From contig CANMWZ010000011.1 in the NCBI GenBank assembly GCA_947501605.1, positions 32,001 through 96,000 on the forward strand: a stretch of 64,000 nt of DNA, written 5' to 3'. A program made the position numbers and the translations under genes. The DNA is from Planctomycetota bacterium (GTDB lineage: Bacteria; Planctomycetota; UBA1135; UBA2386). Position 1 is the first letter of the stretch, and the number at the start of each line of letters is the position of its first letter. The notes under the pieces were generated by a model. The model made no database searches. It was not told the origin of the DNA and worked only from the letters and a program-made list of their open reading frames with translations. Positions 9,095-18,470 of this stretch are shown here, piece by piece.

Positions 9095-10879
9095 TCAGTT
9101 GAAGATCAGCGTCGAGCTGATGCCCGAGCTGCTGTAGCCCGCCAGGTTCGCAGCCGTGTCCAACTCGACGATTTGCGAGTAGATGCGCTGGCCGGCAAAG
9201 GTGTTGGCTGGCACCAGCGTGGTGTAGCTGCCGAGCCCGTTGGCGGCCGCGAGCAGCCCAAACGTGAGCACGGTTGGACTGTCGATGATCGAGAGCCCGA
9301 GCAGCGGCGACGCGGTGCCGACGCTGCTGATGGCGAGCACCCACAGGTTGTTGCGTGTGCCACCGAACGACCATGTGAGGTTGTTGCCGCCGAGCACAGC
9401 ACCACCTACCGACAGCGCCACTGGCAAGGTGTCGATAACGACAAGCGATGCTTGATTGCTGGTGCCGGCAGAGTTGGTCGTCTGCAGGCTGACGTTGCCG
9501 ATCACCGTGCCGATCGGAGGGTTGAACTGCAGCGTCGTGTCGTTGGGCGTTGTGAACCCACTCAAGAGCGTGATCGCACCGACCTGTAGCTGCGTGGTAC
9601 CGAGGAAGCCCTGACCGGCGAGGGTGACCGTGCCCGGCTGGAACGACTTGACGGAAGCGGGAGTGACCGAGGTGATCTGCGGTTGCACCGGCTGCAGAGT
9701 CAGGCAACCGACCGAGTTGGTGAAGGCGATGATCTGGTTGCGTTCGTTCGGACTGAACGTGGTCTGCACGTTCTGACAACCGCCGACGCCCGAGCACATG
9801 ATGTAGCAGGGGGCCACGGCATCGCAGTGCTGGGCGCTGAAGTTGTGCCCGATCTCGTGCGCGGTTACGGCGACGCGGCGCGTGAAGTTGGTGGTCCAAC
9901 GTGATTGCGACACGCCGTAGGCAGCACCAAGATTGCAGATCGTGGACACGTAGGCGATACCGATCGCGCCGCCGCTTGCCTGCCCCATGTTGCGGCCAGT
10001 GAACAAGTGCGCGACATCGCGCGCCGTGCTGCCGTAGTTCGCGTTCCAATTCGATTGGAACTGACCGAGCAGAGTGCCGGCAACGCTCGAAGTGTAGGGG
10101 TTCGTCGTCGACGACGTGTTGACCAGGATGGTGGCCACCGTGAACGTCAACTGGACGTCCGCTTGGTAGATCGCATCCATGGCGTTGATCACGCCGGTGA
10201 TGTCATTCTGCGTCGCCGTGACGTTGCTGCCGTTCAGTTGGTAGTACTGAAAGTCTGCTTCACAGGCGAGCTGGGTGATGCGCAGCACGTCGAGCCCGAT
10301 CGGCTCGGGGACCGGAGCCGCCAAGCTCCCTTGCACGCCACAGACCCACGGCAGGTTCTGGTTGTCCGTCGTGCGATAGACGATGTGCAAGGCCGCTGGC
10401 GCCGTGGGCTGCACTTCGCGCACCGGCTGAACCGCCCACTCATCCCCGTTGCTGGCGTGAACGACTGCCTGAACAGCATCGCCGACGACGGTCGCCGCGA
10501 CCCAACTGTTCGGGTCTTCGAGCATCGTGCCCCGGTAGGTGACGCTGGCCGGGCGCGGCACTTCGCGCACGCCGTTCGCATCGAGCGCCAGCAGGCGGAA
10601 GTTCGGCGACCGCACGTCATGCGGCCTCAGCACGATGTGGCACACTTGCCCGGCGAACTCGACCTGCACGGCGATCTCGCCGTTCTGCACCCGAACCGGC
10701 TCGACGTGTTGCACAGTGGCGGCCGTCACCGCAAAGCCCTGGAGGAGGACAGGCGGCGCCGAGTAGGGTCGAGAAATCGCCTCCTGGCTCGCCGCCGGGA
10801 CCGCGAGGGCACCGAGCAACAGCGTGGCGACGAACGACGAAACGGCTCGGCAGCCGGGCGCGGGGAGAGTATGCGTCAT
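9095..10879 (-). CDS. Secreted reprolysin-like (M12B) zinc metallopeptidase with IPT/TIG-like domain and C-terminal domain
   Basis: Signal peptide, prodomain with Cys-switch-like WVCG, DVAHLFTG, HEIGHNFSAQH, Met-turn CYIM, PQITSVTP Ig-like segment. Confidence 0.88.
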   Translation of the reverse strand: MTHTLPAPGCRAVSSFVATLLLGALAVPAASQEAISRPYSAPPVLLQGFAVTAATVQHVEPVRVQNGEIAVQVEFAGQVCHIVLRPHDVRSPNFRLLALDANGVREVPRPASVTYRGTMLEDPNSWVAATVVGDAVQAVVHASNGDEWAVQPVREVQPTAPAALHIVYRTTDNQNLPWVCGVQGSLAAPVPEPIGLDVLRITQLACEADFQYYQLNGSNVTATQNDITGVINAMDAIYQADVQLTFTVATILVNTSSTTNPYTSSVAGTLLGQFQSNWNANYGSTARDVAHLFTGRNMGQASGGAIGIAYVSTICNLGAAYGVSQSRWTTNFTRRVAVTAHEIGHNFSAQHCDAVAPCYIMCSGVGGCQNVQTTFSPNERNQIIAFTNSVGCLTLQPVQPQITSVTPASVKSFQPGTVTLAGQGFLGTTQLQVGAITLLSGFTTPNDTTLQFNPPIGTVIGNVSLQTTNSAGTSNQASLVVIDTLPVALSVGGAVLGGNNLTWSFGGTRNNLWVLAISSVGTASPLLGLSIIDSPTVLTFGLLAAANGLGSYTTLVPANTFAGQRIYSQIVELDTAANLAGYSSSGISSTLIFN

Positions 10880-10947
10880 GGGAGTGCAGGGAGACGGGCG
10901 GGCCCCCTGATCCTAGCCTAGCCACTCCCAGAGCGCACAGGCCTCAT

Positions 10948-11002
10948 CCGTGCCAGTGCGCCGATTGGGCACCGATTGGGCGCCGACATCCCGCTGGCAC
11001 GG
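10948..11002. terminator. 9-bp inverted repeat enclosing a 10-bp direct repeat, just after the leuB-like stop
   Basis: CCGTGCCAG (10948-10956) with CTGGCACGG (10994-11002); CCGATTGGGC at 10961 and 10972. Confidence 0.4.
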
Positions 11003-11005
11003 CAA

Positions 11006-12097
11006 TCAACGCAGCGTTCGCGCGCGCTCGCGCAGACGATCGGCGACCATTTGGCCGAGTTCGCTGCAGCGGTGCTCACCGGCGCGAAGACTGCGAATCG
11101 TTCCGGCCTGGATCAACTCGGCAACGGTTGCCTCGACGTCCTGCGCGGCCCGAACCTCGCCGATGTGGTCGAGCAGCAGGGCCAGCGCAAGGACAGTCGC
11201 CAACGGGCTTGCCTTGTCGGTGCCCTTGTACTTCGGCGCGCTGCCGTGGATGCCCTCGAACATCGACACCCTGCCGGGGTGGATATTGCCCGATGCTGCG
11301 ATGCCCATGCCGCCGATCAGCATTGCGCCGAGGTCCGTGATGATGTCGCCAAACAGGTTGGTGGTGACCGAGACGTCGAACCACTCGGGATTCTTGATCA
11401 TCCACATGCACGCGGCATCGATGTAGGCGTGGTCCGTGGCAATACCTGGGTACTCCTTGCTGACCTCGGCAAAGGTCCGGGTCCACAGATCCTGCGCGCG
11501 CACGGCGTTGGCCTTGTCGATCAGCGTGACCTGCGGCTTGTCCTTACCTGGCTTCGGGCCGCGCTTCTTCGCCAACTCGAAGGCGTAGCGAATGATCCGC
11601 TCCGTGCAGCGCCGCGTGTAGACCATCTCCTGCAGCGCGATCTCGTGCTCCGTCCCCTTCTTGGTGAACCCGAAGATCCCGGCGTAGGCGTCCTCGGTGT
11701 TCTCGCGGCAGAAGACCATGTCGATGTCGGCAACCGTCTTGCCCTTCAGCGGACACAGCGACTCGTGGTAGAGCTTGACCGGCCGCAGGTTGACGTAGAG
11801 GTCGAGCTTGTGCCGCATGCCAGCGATGATCGCAAACTCGAGTTTGCCGACCTCGATCCGCGGATCGCCGATCGCACCGAACAGTACGGCGTGCATGCCG
11901 CGGATGCGATCGAACGCAGCATCCGGCATGGTCTCGCCAGTGGCGAGGAAGTGGTCAGCGCCGTAGGGCATCCGGTCGCGCTTCGTCTGGAAGCCATAGA
12001 TCTCCTGGCATGCATCGAGCACGCGGAGCGCAGCGGTGACGACTTCCTCGCCGATGCCATCACCTGGAAGAACGCCGATGTCGTAGACCTTGCTCAT
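11006..12097 (-). CDS. leuB: 3-isopropylmalate dehydrogenase-like beta-decarboxylating dehydrogenase
   Basis: PGDGIGEEV, NLRPVKL, RENTEDAY, IDKAN, NLFGDIITD, HGSAP. Exact substrate not provable from sequence. Confidence 0.8.
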   Translation of the reverse strand: MSKVYDIGVLPGDGIGEEVVTAALRVLDACQEIYGFQTKRDRMPYGADHFLATGETMPDAAFDRIRGMHAVLFGAIGDPRIEVGKLEFAIIAGMRHKLDLYVNLRPVKLYHESLCPLKGKTVADIDMVFCRENTEDAYAGIFGFTKKGTEHEIALQEMVYTRRCTERIIRYAFELAKKRGPKPGKDKPQVTLIDKANAVRAQDLWTRTFAEVSKEYPGIATDHAYIDAACMWMIKNPEWFDVSVTTNLFGDIITDLGAMLIGGMGIAASGNIHPGRVSMFEGIHGSAPKYKGTDKASPLATVLALALLLDHIGEVRAAQDVEATVAELIQAGTIRSLRAGEHRCSELGQMVADRLRERARTLR

Positions 12098-12279
12098 CTC
12101 TGGATTCGAACTGGATTCGGGCGTCGGCGGCGGGCTTCGTCACCAACGAGGGCGAAGCAGTATGGCCGCGACCAAGGCGCAACGAAAGAGCGCATAGGCC
12201 CCCAAGACACGGCCAAGTCCCCATTCGCGCGTTTCCTACGAGCCACGCACCGAGTAGGACTAGACCGGAAACCATCGCC

Positions 12280-13398
12280 ATGGCCCGCACCCACGCCGTC
12301 GTTGTCCTCGCCACCATCGCCCTCGGGACCGGGTTGTGGTTCTGGGCTTCCCAACCAGAACCGGACGCGCCGCCGCTGCCGGAGGTGCAAGCGCCTGCGG
12401 CCACCGACCAGCCCCGCGCGATCGATGGCGCAACGGCTCGCAGTCGGGTCGAACCAACGGTGTCAGACGCGACCCCAGCACCAAGCCACGCCGCCGCCGA
12501 TGCGACACCCGCAAACGGCACTGCGCATAACGTGACGCTGCTGGTCTACGACCTCAACGACCACACGCCGCTCCCGGCGTTCACCTGGCAATTCGTCGGC
12601 AACGGCAGCGAGCCACAGCGCGGCAGCGGTGAAAACGGGCGCGCCGACCTCCGCTTCTCGCCGAGCACGAGCGGCCAGCTGCTGGTCGAATCACCGTTGA
12701 TGGAAGCCCACACGCGTCGTCTCGACGTGCCGTCAGCAGACATGCCGCCGCTGCAGGTCGATGTGTTCTTGCCGCGCCGTGCCGCCGCAACCGGCGTCAC
12801 CTTGGTGGCGCGCGATACCGACGGCGCCGCGGTGCCGCGCCTGCGCCTCGACTTGTGGCTGATGACAGAAGCGCAACCATTCCCAGCAGCCAACACGGAC
12901 CCGACCGAGGAGCCCTTGTGGAAGCGCATTGGCGAAGACGCCGAAGGCCTCTTCGTACTGCCGACCATCGTGGCAGGCCGATACGTCCTTCGGGCCCAGC
13001 CGATCGACGCGGATGGCTGGGCAAAGTCGTTGCAGCCAAAGCGCTTCCAGTTCGCCTTCGCTGGTCACGAAGCAGTGCCGCTCGATGCTCGCTTCGTCTA
13101 CGGCCACGTCCTGCGGATCGAAGCCAACGACGACGGCGGCCCGGTGGCGCAGTTCACCGTCAGCACGAACGCGGCCGGGGCTACGGCGAGCGGGATCTGG
13201 TGGCAGAGTCGAGATCGCGACGGCCGCACGGTCGTTGCTCGCGACACCGTGATGCTGCCTGGTCGCGTCGAGTCGTTGCTGGCGTTGCCACCCGCATACT
13301 ACGAGCTGCAACTGCGCGCGGGCGATCGCGTGCTGCCGACGGCCTACGGACCGATGACGTTTGGCGTGCTCATCTACCGCGTCGGCGATACGCGCTAG
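12280..13398 (+). CDS. Hypothetical N-terminally anchored protein with beta-sandwich-like segments
   Basis: N-terminal hydrophobic helix, Pro/Ala linker, good coding-like composition, fills the gap. Confidence 0.7.
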   Translation: MARTHAVVVLATIALGTGLWFWASQPEPDAPPLPEVQAPAATDQPRAIDGATARSRVEPTVSDATPAPSHAAADATPANGTAHNVTLLVYDLNDHTPLPAFTWQFVGNGSEPQRGSGENGRADLRFSPSTSGQLLVESPLMEAHTRRLDVPSADMPPLQVDVFLPRRAAATGVTLVARDTDGAAVPRLRLDLWLMTEAQPFPAANTDPTEEPLWKRIGEDAEGLFVLPTIVAGRYVLRAQPIDADGWAKSLQPKRFQFAFAGHEAVPLDARFVYGHVLRIEANDDGGPVAQFTVSTNAAGATASGIWWQSRDRDGRTVVARDTVMLPGRVESLLALPPAYYELQLRAGDRVLPTAYGPMTFGVLIYRVGDTR

Positions 13399-13401
13399 GG
13401 A

Positions 13402-14307
13402 TCAGTCTGCGACTGGCTGCCGCAGTCGTTCTTCGTGGGTCACGCCGAGACCTGCGGTGTAGCCAACCAGTAGCGCACCGCCGAGTGCGACCAATAGCTC
13501 GAACGGCGAGGCCAGCAGTTCCGTCGTGCGCGGCAACATCGCGACCCCGAGGTAGACGCCGACAGCCGAACCTGTGCACCACTTGCGCGTGTGCGGCAAC
13601 ACTTGCCAGAGCATCCCAGTGATGCAACCCGCCATGGCCATGCGCACGAAGCTCGAGAGCCCCTCACTGAGCATCAGCGGCAGCGCGGCGATGAAGAACA
13701 CGACGTAGGCGACCCAGAACCGCTCGAGCAATTGCTGGCTCTTCTGCGGGACCTCGTCCGAATCGACTCCAGGCAGTCCGGTGGCGAACTCGTTCTGCCA
13801 CGAGCGTTGCAATCGCACCTGCTCCACCACCGGCATGGCCAAGAACCAACCGCTCTGTTCACGCGGATCGCGGCCGGGGATCGGGCCGGCGCTGGGCAGC
13901 TCGACCGGGACCAGCAGCGCGGCGGCAACACGGGCCGCGGCTCGCGGCTTCGGTGCTGCGACCGGAGACGCCATGATGGACTCGAGCCCAGCTCGCGCCT
14001 CGGGGCGTTGAAGGGACCGGAGCAGGTTCGATTCCGCGCTCTTCCCCGGCGCCTGCGGCGCGCCCTCTCTTGCGGGCAGCAGCATCGACGACGGGGGCGA
14101 CGCATCGCGTTGGTCCAAGAGTCCCTTGTTGCCTAGCGCCGAGGGCGCCTTGGCACTGGCCCCTGGCCACGGACTCGCCACCACTGCACCCGGGCGCGCC
14201 GGCGCTCCCGACGTGGCCGCTGGCTTCGCCGCCGATGCCTCGCCCGGGTGCATTCCGGTCTCGTCCTCCGGAAGTGGATCCCAGTCACTTGCATCGCGGT
14301 TCGTCAC
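13402..14307 (-). CDS. Hypothetical membrane protein (disordered N-half, about 4 C-terminal TM helices)
   Basis: Pro/Ala-rich N-terminus then hydrophobic helices; ends 3 bp from the convergent gene. Confidence 0.7.
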   Translation of the reverse strand: MTNRDASDWDPLPEDETGMHPGEASAAKPAATSGAPARPGAVVASPWPGASAKAPSALGNKGLLDQRDASPPSSMLLPAREGAPQAPGKSAESNLLRSLQRPEARAGLESIMASPVAAPKPRAAARVAAALLVPVELPSAGPIPGRDPREQSGWFLAMPVVEQVRLQRSWQNEFATGLPGVDSDEVPQKSQQLLERFWVAYVVFFIAALPLMLSEGLSSFVRMAMAGCITGMLWQVLPHTRKWCTGSAVGVYLGVAMLPRTTELLASPFELLVALGGALLVGYTAGLGVTHEERLRQPVAD

Positions 14308-14424
14308 AGGCGCTTCCTTCGGATGCGACGCATGCCTGCTGTAGCAAGCGCTTCCCGTTCCGGGATTGCCGACGCCGAGATCGGCGCCCCATGCGCGTAC
14401 ACCAGCCTTTGCTATCGTGTTCCC

Positions 14425-14898
14425 ATGCAGTTCCTCCCCTCTTCAGCTGGGCCTCCGCACCGCCGTGACCGCGGCGGCGACCGGATCGCATTGGCGCGCC
14501 TGCTGCTGTTGTGCTGCTCGCTCGGAGTCGTTGCTACTGCATTCCCCTGGACCCACGTCGATGTCGTACGCCTGTTCGGCGAGTTCATGGGCCCCATCGC
14601 GGCGCGCACCAACGAGGGCTTCACCTGTGTGATGACGTGCCTGCTGACGGCGCTGCTCGTGCTCTCCGAAGGCCACTCGCAACAGTCGCGGGCGTCCGTG
14701 CGCAGCTCGTGCCCGTTCCTACTGGGGACCGCGGCGGTCGTGATGCTGTGGCGAATGGTCGAAGGCCCAGGGGAATGGCGCGGCGTCGAGGTCGTCCACT
14801 CGGTTTGGTTCTTCGTCGCCAGCGTGGCAGTGGTGCTGGGCGTGTTCGTCGCCCGCGCAAGGCTCGCGACTATGAGCCCACCCGCTGCCGCCCGGTGA
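14425..14898 (+). CDS. Hypothetical small membrane protein (about 4 TM)
   Basis: Four hydrophobic segments, FPW motif after TM1; start uncertain. Confidence 0.6.
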   Translation: MQFLPSSAGPPHRRDRGGDRIALARLLLLCCSLGVVATAFPWTHVDVVRLFGEFMGPIAARTNEGFTCVMTCLLTALLVLSEGHSQQSRASVRSSCPFLLGTAAVVMLWRMVEGPGEWRGVEVVHSVWFFVASVAVVLGVFVARARLATMSPPAAAR

Positions 14899-16246
14899 GG
14901 TAGTAGACCACCGCACCGAGCAGCAGGCACAGGGCATCGATGGCGACCGCTTCCGGATTGTCCGCGATGTAGCCCGACACCAAGAACACGCCGAGCGCGA
15001 TCTGCAGCGCGACGACAACCGGTGCGAACGGCACCCGAAACGGCCGCGGTCGATCGGGAGCTCGACGGCGCTGGACCATCAAACCGAGGGCGACCAGAGC
15101 GACCGTGGCCGAGATGATGGGGATGGTGATCGAGATCAGGTAGTCAAAGCTGCCGGTCCACAAGAATGCGACGGCCATTACGAGCACCAGCAGCGTCGCC
15201 GCGGGTGGTGCCCCGGCGTCGTCGATGCGCCCCAACGACCGCAGTGCTAGGCCTTCTTCGGCGAGCACTCGCGCGATGCGCGGCCCGGTCAGAAAGTAGG
15301 CATTCGCGGCGCCGAGGAGGATGACCATGGCGACGCCGGTCAGGATCAGCTCCCCGGAGTCCCCGAAGGCAACCTTGGCCACGTCGAGCGCCGCAAACTT
15401 GGAATGCGCGAGCCCGTCCGTGCCGAGCACGTAGAGGAAAGCTGCGTTGGCGAACACATAGAGTCCGCTGATGGTGATCAGTGACGTGAAGAGCGCCCGA
15501 GGCAGTGCCTTGCCCGGGTTCTCGGTCTCCCCGGCCATGTAGACCGCGTCGGCATAGCCGTCGTAGCTGAACAGAACGTTCTTCATCGCCGCCCCGACCG
15601 CTGCGAACAGGAGCCAGGGTGAAGTCGGCATCGCCGCGATGCCCGCCCCCGCCAAGGGTGTATCCGGCCCCGTCAAGAGAGTTGCCGCCGCTGTCACCGG
15701 TGCAGCCAACACGGAGGCAAGGCAGACGAGTGTAAGCAGCAGCACCTTGGCGAGAAACAGCCCGACCTCGGTGCGAGCGCCGAGCTTCAAGCCACGCAGA
15801 TTGACCAGCGCGAGCAAAGTGATCATCGCGGTGCCGACGATTCGGCCTTGGCTACTGGCGGCGCCGCCTTGCAGCGACGATGCGCCGCTCACGGCCAGTT
15901 CGCCGAACACTACGGCGACGGCGGCGAGCGATGCAGGCCACGTGACGAGTAGCATCGACCAGCCACACAAAAACGCGGTGAGGCGGCCGAAGGAGAGATG
16001 CAGATAGGCGACGAGGCCGCCGACCCGCGGCACCGACGACGCCATCTCAGCCAGGATCAACGCATCCATGGTCGCGACCAGGGCACCGAGCAACCAGACG
16101 CCAAGGATCCAAGGTGCGCTCGGCAAGGCCGCCGCAACTTCACCGGGCGTGCGCAAGATGCCCGAGCCCACCGCCATGCCGACGCAGACAGCGACGCCGG
16201 CAAGCGGTCCGAGAATGCGGCGGAGATCACCGAGGCCGGAAGTCAC
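14870..16246 (-). CDS. APC-family amino acid permease
   Basis: GMAVGSGILRTP, AEMASSVPRVGG, FSYDGY, GETENPGKALP, RPRPFRVP; about 12 TM. Confidence 0.9.
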   Translation of the reverse strand: MTSGLGDLRRILGPLAGVAVCVGMAVGSGILRTPGEVAAALPSAPWILGVWLLGALVATMDALILAEMASSVPRVGGLVAYLHLSFGRLTAFLCGWSMLLVTWPASLAAVAVVFGELAVSGASSLQGGAASSQGRIVGTAMITLLALVNLRGLKLGARTEVGLFLAKVLLLTLVCLASVLAAPVTAAATLLTGPDTPLAGAGIAAMPTSPWLLFAAVGAAMKNVLFSYDGYADAVYMAGETENPGKALPRALFTSLITISGLYVFANAAFLYVLGTDGLAHSKFAALDVAKVAFGDSGELILTGVAMVILLGAANAYFLTGPRIARVLAEEGLALRSLGRIDDAGAPPAATLLVLVMAVAFLWTGSFDYLISITIPIISATVALVALGLMVQRRRAPDRPRPFRVPFAPVVVALQIALGVFLVSGYIADNPEAVAIDALCLLLGAVVYYLTGRQRVGS

Positions 16247-16302
16247 AGGCGCACCCTATCGCGAAGCCACGGGGTAAGGCACCACGCAACAACCTTCCGG
16301 CC

Positions 16303-18390
16303 TCACTTCGTCTTACGCACAGCCTCGAACACTCCCTCCGGCTGGCGGAACCGAGCAGCGGTGATCGCAGAGCCGTCGCCTTCGACAAAGCGGACTGAGT
16401 AGCCGGGCGCACCAGTAAGCCCAAAAACCAGACCGCGCTGTGGCTCGAGATCGAACCGCTGACCCGGCAGCACGGCGACGAGTCGCTCGCCTTGGAGCGA
16501 GATCACGGCGGTCATCGAGCCGAGGTCGTAGTCACCGACAAAGCGCTCCAAGAACTGCGGATCGCGCAGGCGTGCGTCCGGCTGTCGCACAAAGCGAATC
16601 GGCTCGACCGCCGGCTCCAACACGATGCGCACGGCGTCGATCTCGCCCTCGAGATCGGTGAGGAACTGCACCTTGGTGCCCTCGATCTCGGGAGTGGCAT
16701 CGCTGCGCTCGCAGCGGAAGACGTCGTAGTGCCAGTGCTGCAGCCGAGCGCCGATGCCATGCACGTCGAGGTGGAGCGCCGAGTCACGCAAGGCGACCGT
16801 GCAAGCGCCGTAGCCTTCGTGCCGGTAGTCGCCGGCGTATTCGGCGATCGGGTGCGACGGTTCGGTGCCCTTCTTCCGTTCCTGCTCGGCGCCCTTCTTG
16901 CCAGCCTCCTCCATGCCGTCCTGCTGCTCGACGCGCTGCAGCATCTCGCTGCGCCAGTCGCGCGCTGGCAGACCGAGCGCGCGGTCGGCGAGATTGCGAA
17001 CAACGCACTCTGCGAACGGCGTCGCATCGAGGTTGGTCAACACCACGAAGCCGTAGCCTGCATCGGGAAAGAACGCGACCAACGCCGAGAAGCCGTCGAT
17101 GTTGCCGCCGTGGTGGATTCGACGGTTGCCGCGATAGACGTCGACGAACCAGCCGAGGCCGTAACCAACGTCGACGATGTCCTTGCTGCTGCGCGGACGC
17201 GGCGGCATCGCCATGTGCGCAGAATGCAGTTCGCGAACGGCATCGATCGGCAGCACACGGTCGCCGTCGATCTCGCCGCGCTGCAAATGCAGGGCTACCC
17301 AGCGCGCCATCTCGCGCGCCGACGAGTTGATCGAACCAGCCGGACCGATCGCAGTGATGTCGCGGAAGGCGATGCGCGCGACGTCGTCGCCATCCTTGCG
17401 GTAGGGCACGGCGTGGTCGTCGTCGCGCTGCATCCAATCGACGGCGAAGTTGCTGCGCGTCATGCCGAGTCGCGCGAGCACGCGCGAGCGCACGAGTTCT
17501 TCCCAACTGCTGCCACTGACACGCTCCGCCAAGTGGCCGGCCGTCAGATACATGAGGTTGTTGTATTGCCAGGTCTCGCGCAGATCGTGGTTCAACTCGA
17601 GGTAACGAAGGCGACGCACCATCTCGGCTCGATCGAACGTGGCGCCGTACCACACAAGGTCATGCCTCGGCATCCCGCTCCGATGGGTGACCAGATCGCG
17701 CGGTGTCACCCGCTCCGAGAGCGGCGCGTCGTGCAGCGCGAACTCCGGCAACCACCGCCGCACCGGAGTGTCCCATTCGAGCGAACCCTCGGCGACCAAG
17801 GTCGCCAGCACCAAGGTCGTGAACGCCTTGGTGCTGCTACCGATCGCGAACAGCGTGTCCGCGGTCACCGGCTTCTTGCCTTCGCGATCGCGCTCGCCGC
17901 TGGCAAAGGTCGCCAGCAGTTCGCCGCCCTTGACCACCGCGACGGAACATCCAGGGACGTCGAACATCGGACGTGACTCGTCGAACCAGGCCTGGAAGCC
18001 CTCGAAGCTGGTGACCGACGCCGCCTCGCCCTGGTCGCGGTTCAGGCGGAAGGTCAGCGCCTGCCCGTTCTGCGTGAACGTGCCAGCGAGAACCGCGCCG
18101 TGTTCGTCCAATTCACCGGCGAATGTCGGCGCGCCGGGCACACCCTGAATGGCAAAGCGCACGGTGCGGCCAGTGCACTCGACACCGCTGAGTTCGAGGT
18201 CCTCGGCACCCTGCGCAGGAATGTCGATGCGGCCGCTGAGCGTCGCGCCCTTCTCGGTGAGTCGGACCACGATCGCGAGTTGTTGGCCCGGGATCTCGAT
18301 CGCACCGCGCCAGTTGCCGACTGGCGACTGGGCGAACAGAGCAGTGCAAGCGAACAGGAACGCGAGCAAACAGCAAAGGGGGTTACGCAT
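16303..18390 (-). CDS. Secreted serine hydrolase (beta-lactamase/AmpC-like family) with DUF3471-like C-terminal domains
   Basis: Signal peptide, SxxK (GSSTK), YxN (YNN), HGG, YAGDYRHEGYG...LQHWHYDVF. Confidence 0.88.
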   Translation of the reverse strand: MRNPLCCLLAFLFACTALFAQSPVGNWRGAIEIPGQQLAIVVRLTEKGATLSGRIDIPAQGAEDLELSGVECTGRTVRFAIQGVPGAPTFAGELDEHGAVLAGTFTQNGQALTFRLNRDQGEAASVTSFEGFQAWFDESRPMFDVPGCSVAVVKGGELLATFASGERDREGKKPVTADTLFAIGSSTKAFTTLVLATLVAEGSLEWDTPVRRWLPEFALHDAPLSERVTPRDLVTHRSGMPRHDLVWYGATFDRAEMVRRLRYLELNHDLRETWQYNNLMYLTAGHLAERVSGSSWEELVRSRVLARLGMTRSNFAVDWMQRDDDHAVPYRKDGDDVARIAFRDITAIGPAGSINSSAREMARWVALHLQRGEIDGDRVLPIDAVRELHSAHMAMPPRPRSSKDIVDVGYGLGWFVDVYRGNRRIHHGGNIDGFSALVAFFPDAGYGFVVLTNLDATPFAECVVRNLADRALGLPARDWRSEMLQRVEQQDGMEEAGKKGAEQERKKGTEPSHPIAEYAGDYRHEGYGACTVALRDSALHLDVHGIGARLQHWHYDVFRCERSDATPEIEGTKVQFLTDLEGEIDAVRIVLEPAVEPIRFVRQPDARLRDPQFLERFVGDYDLGSMTAVISLQGERLVAVLPGQRFDLEPQRGLVFGLTGAPGYSVRFVEGDGSAITAARFRQPEGVFEAVRKTK

Positions 18391-18470
18391 GGCCCGCGCA
18401 GCCTAACGCCAGCGACTCCCCCCGCTGGCAGGTCCCCCACGGCCATTGTGCGCCGACCGCGGCGACTCGA

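Noticed and set aside
8426..9589. ORF with (WAT/WAN)n repeat, and other ORFs across the 9-bp array
   Set aside because: A stop-free 9-bp unit gives repeats in several frames; this ORF overlaps two real genes on the opposite strand.
12100..12119. CTGGATTCG direct repeat with 11-bp period just upstream of leuB
   Set aside because: Only two copies and no second site found; cannot be told from chance.
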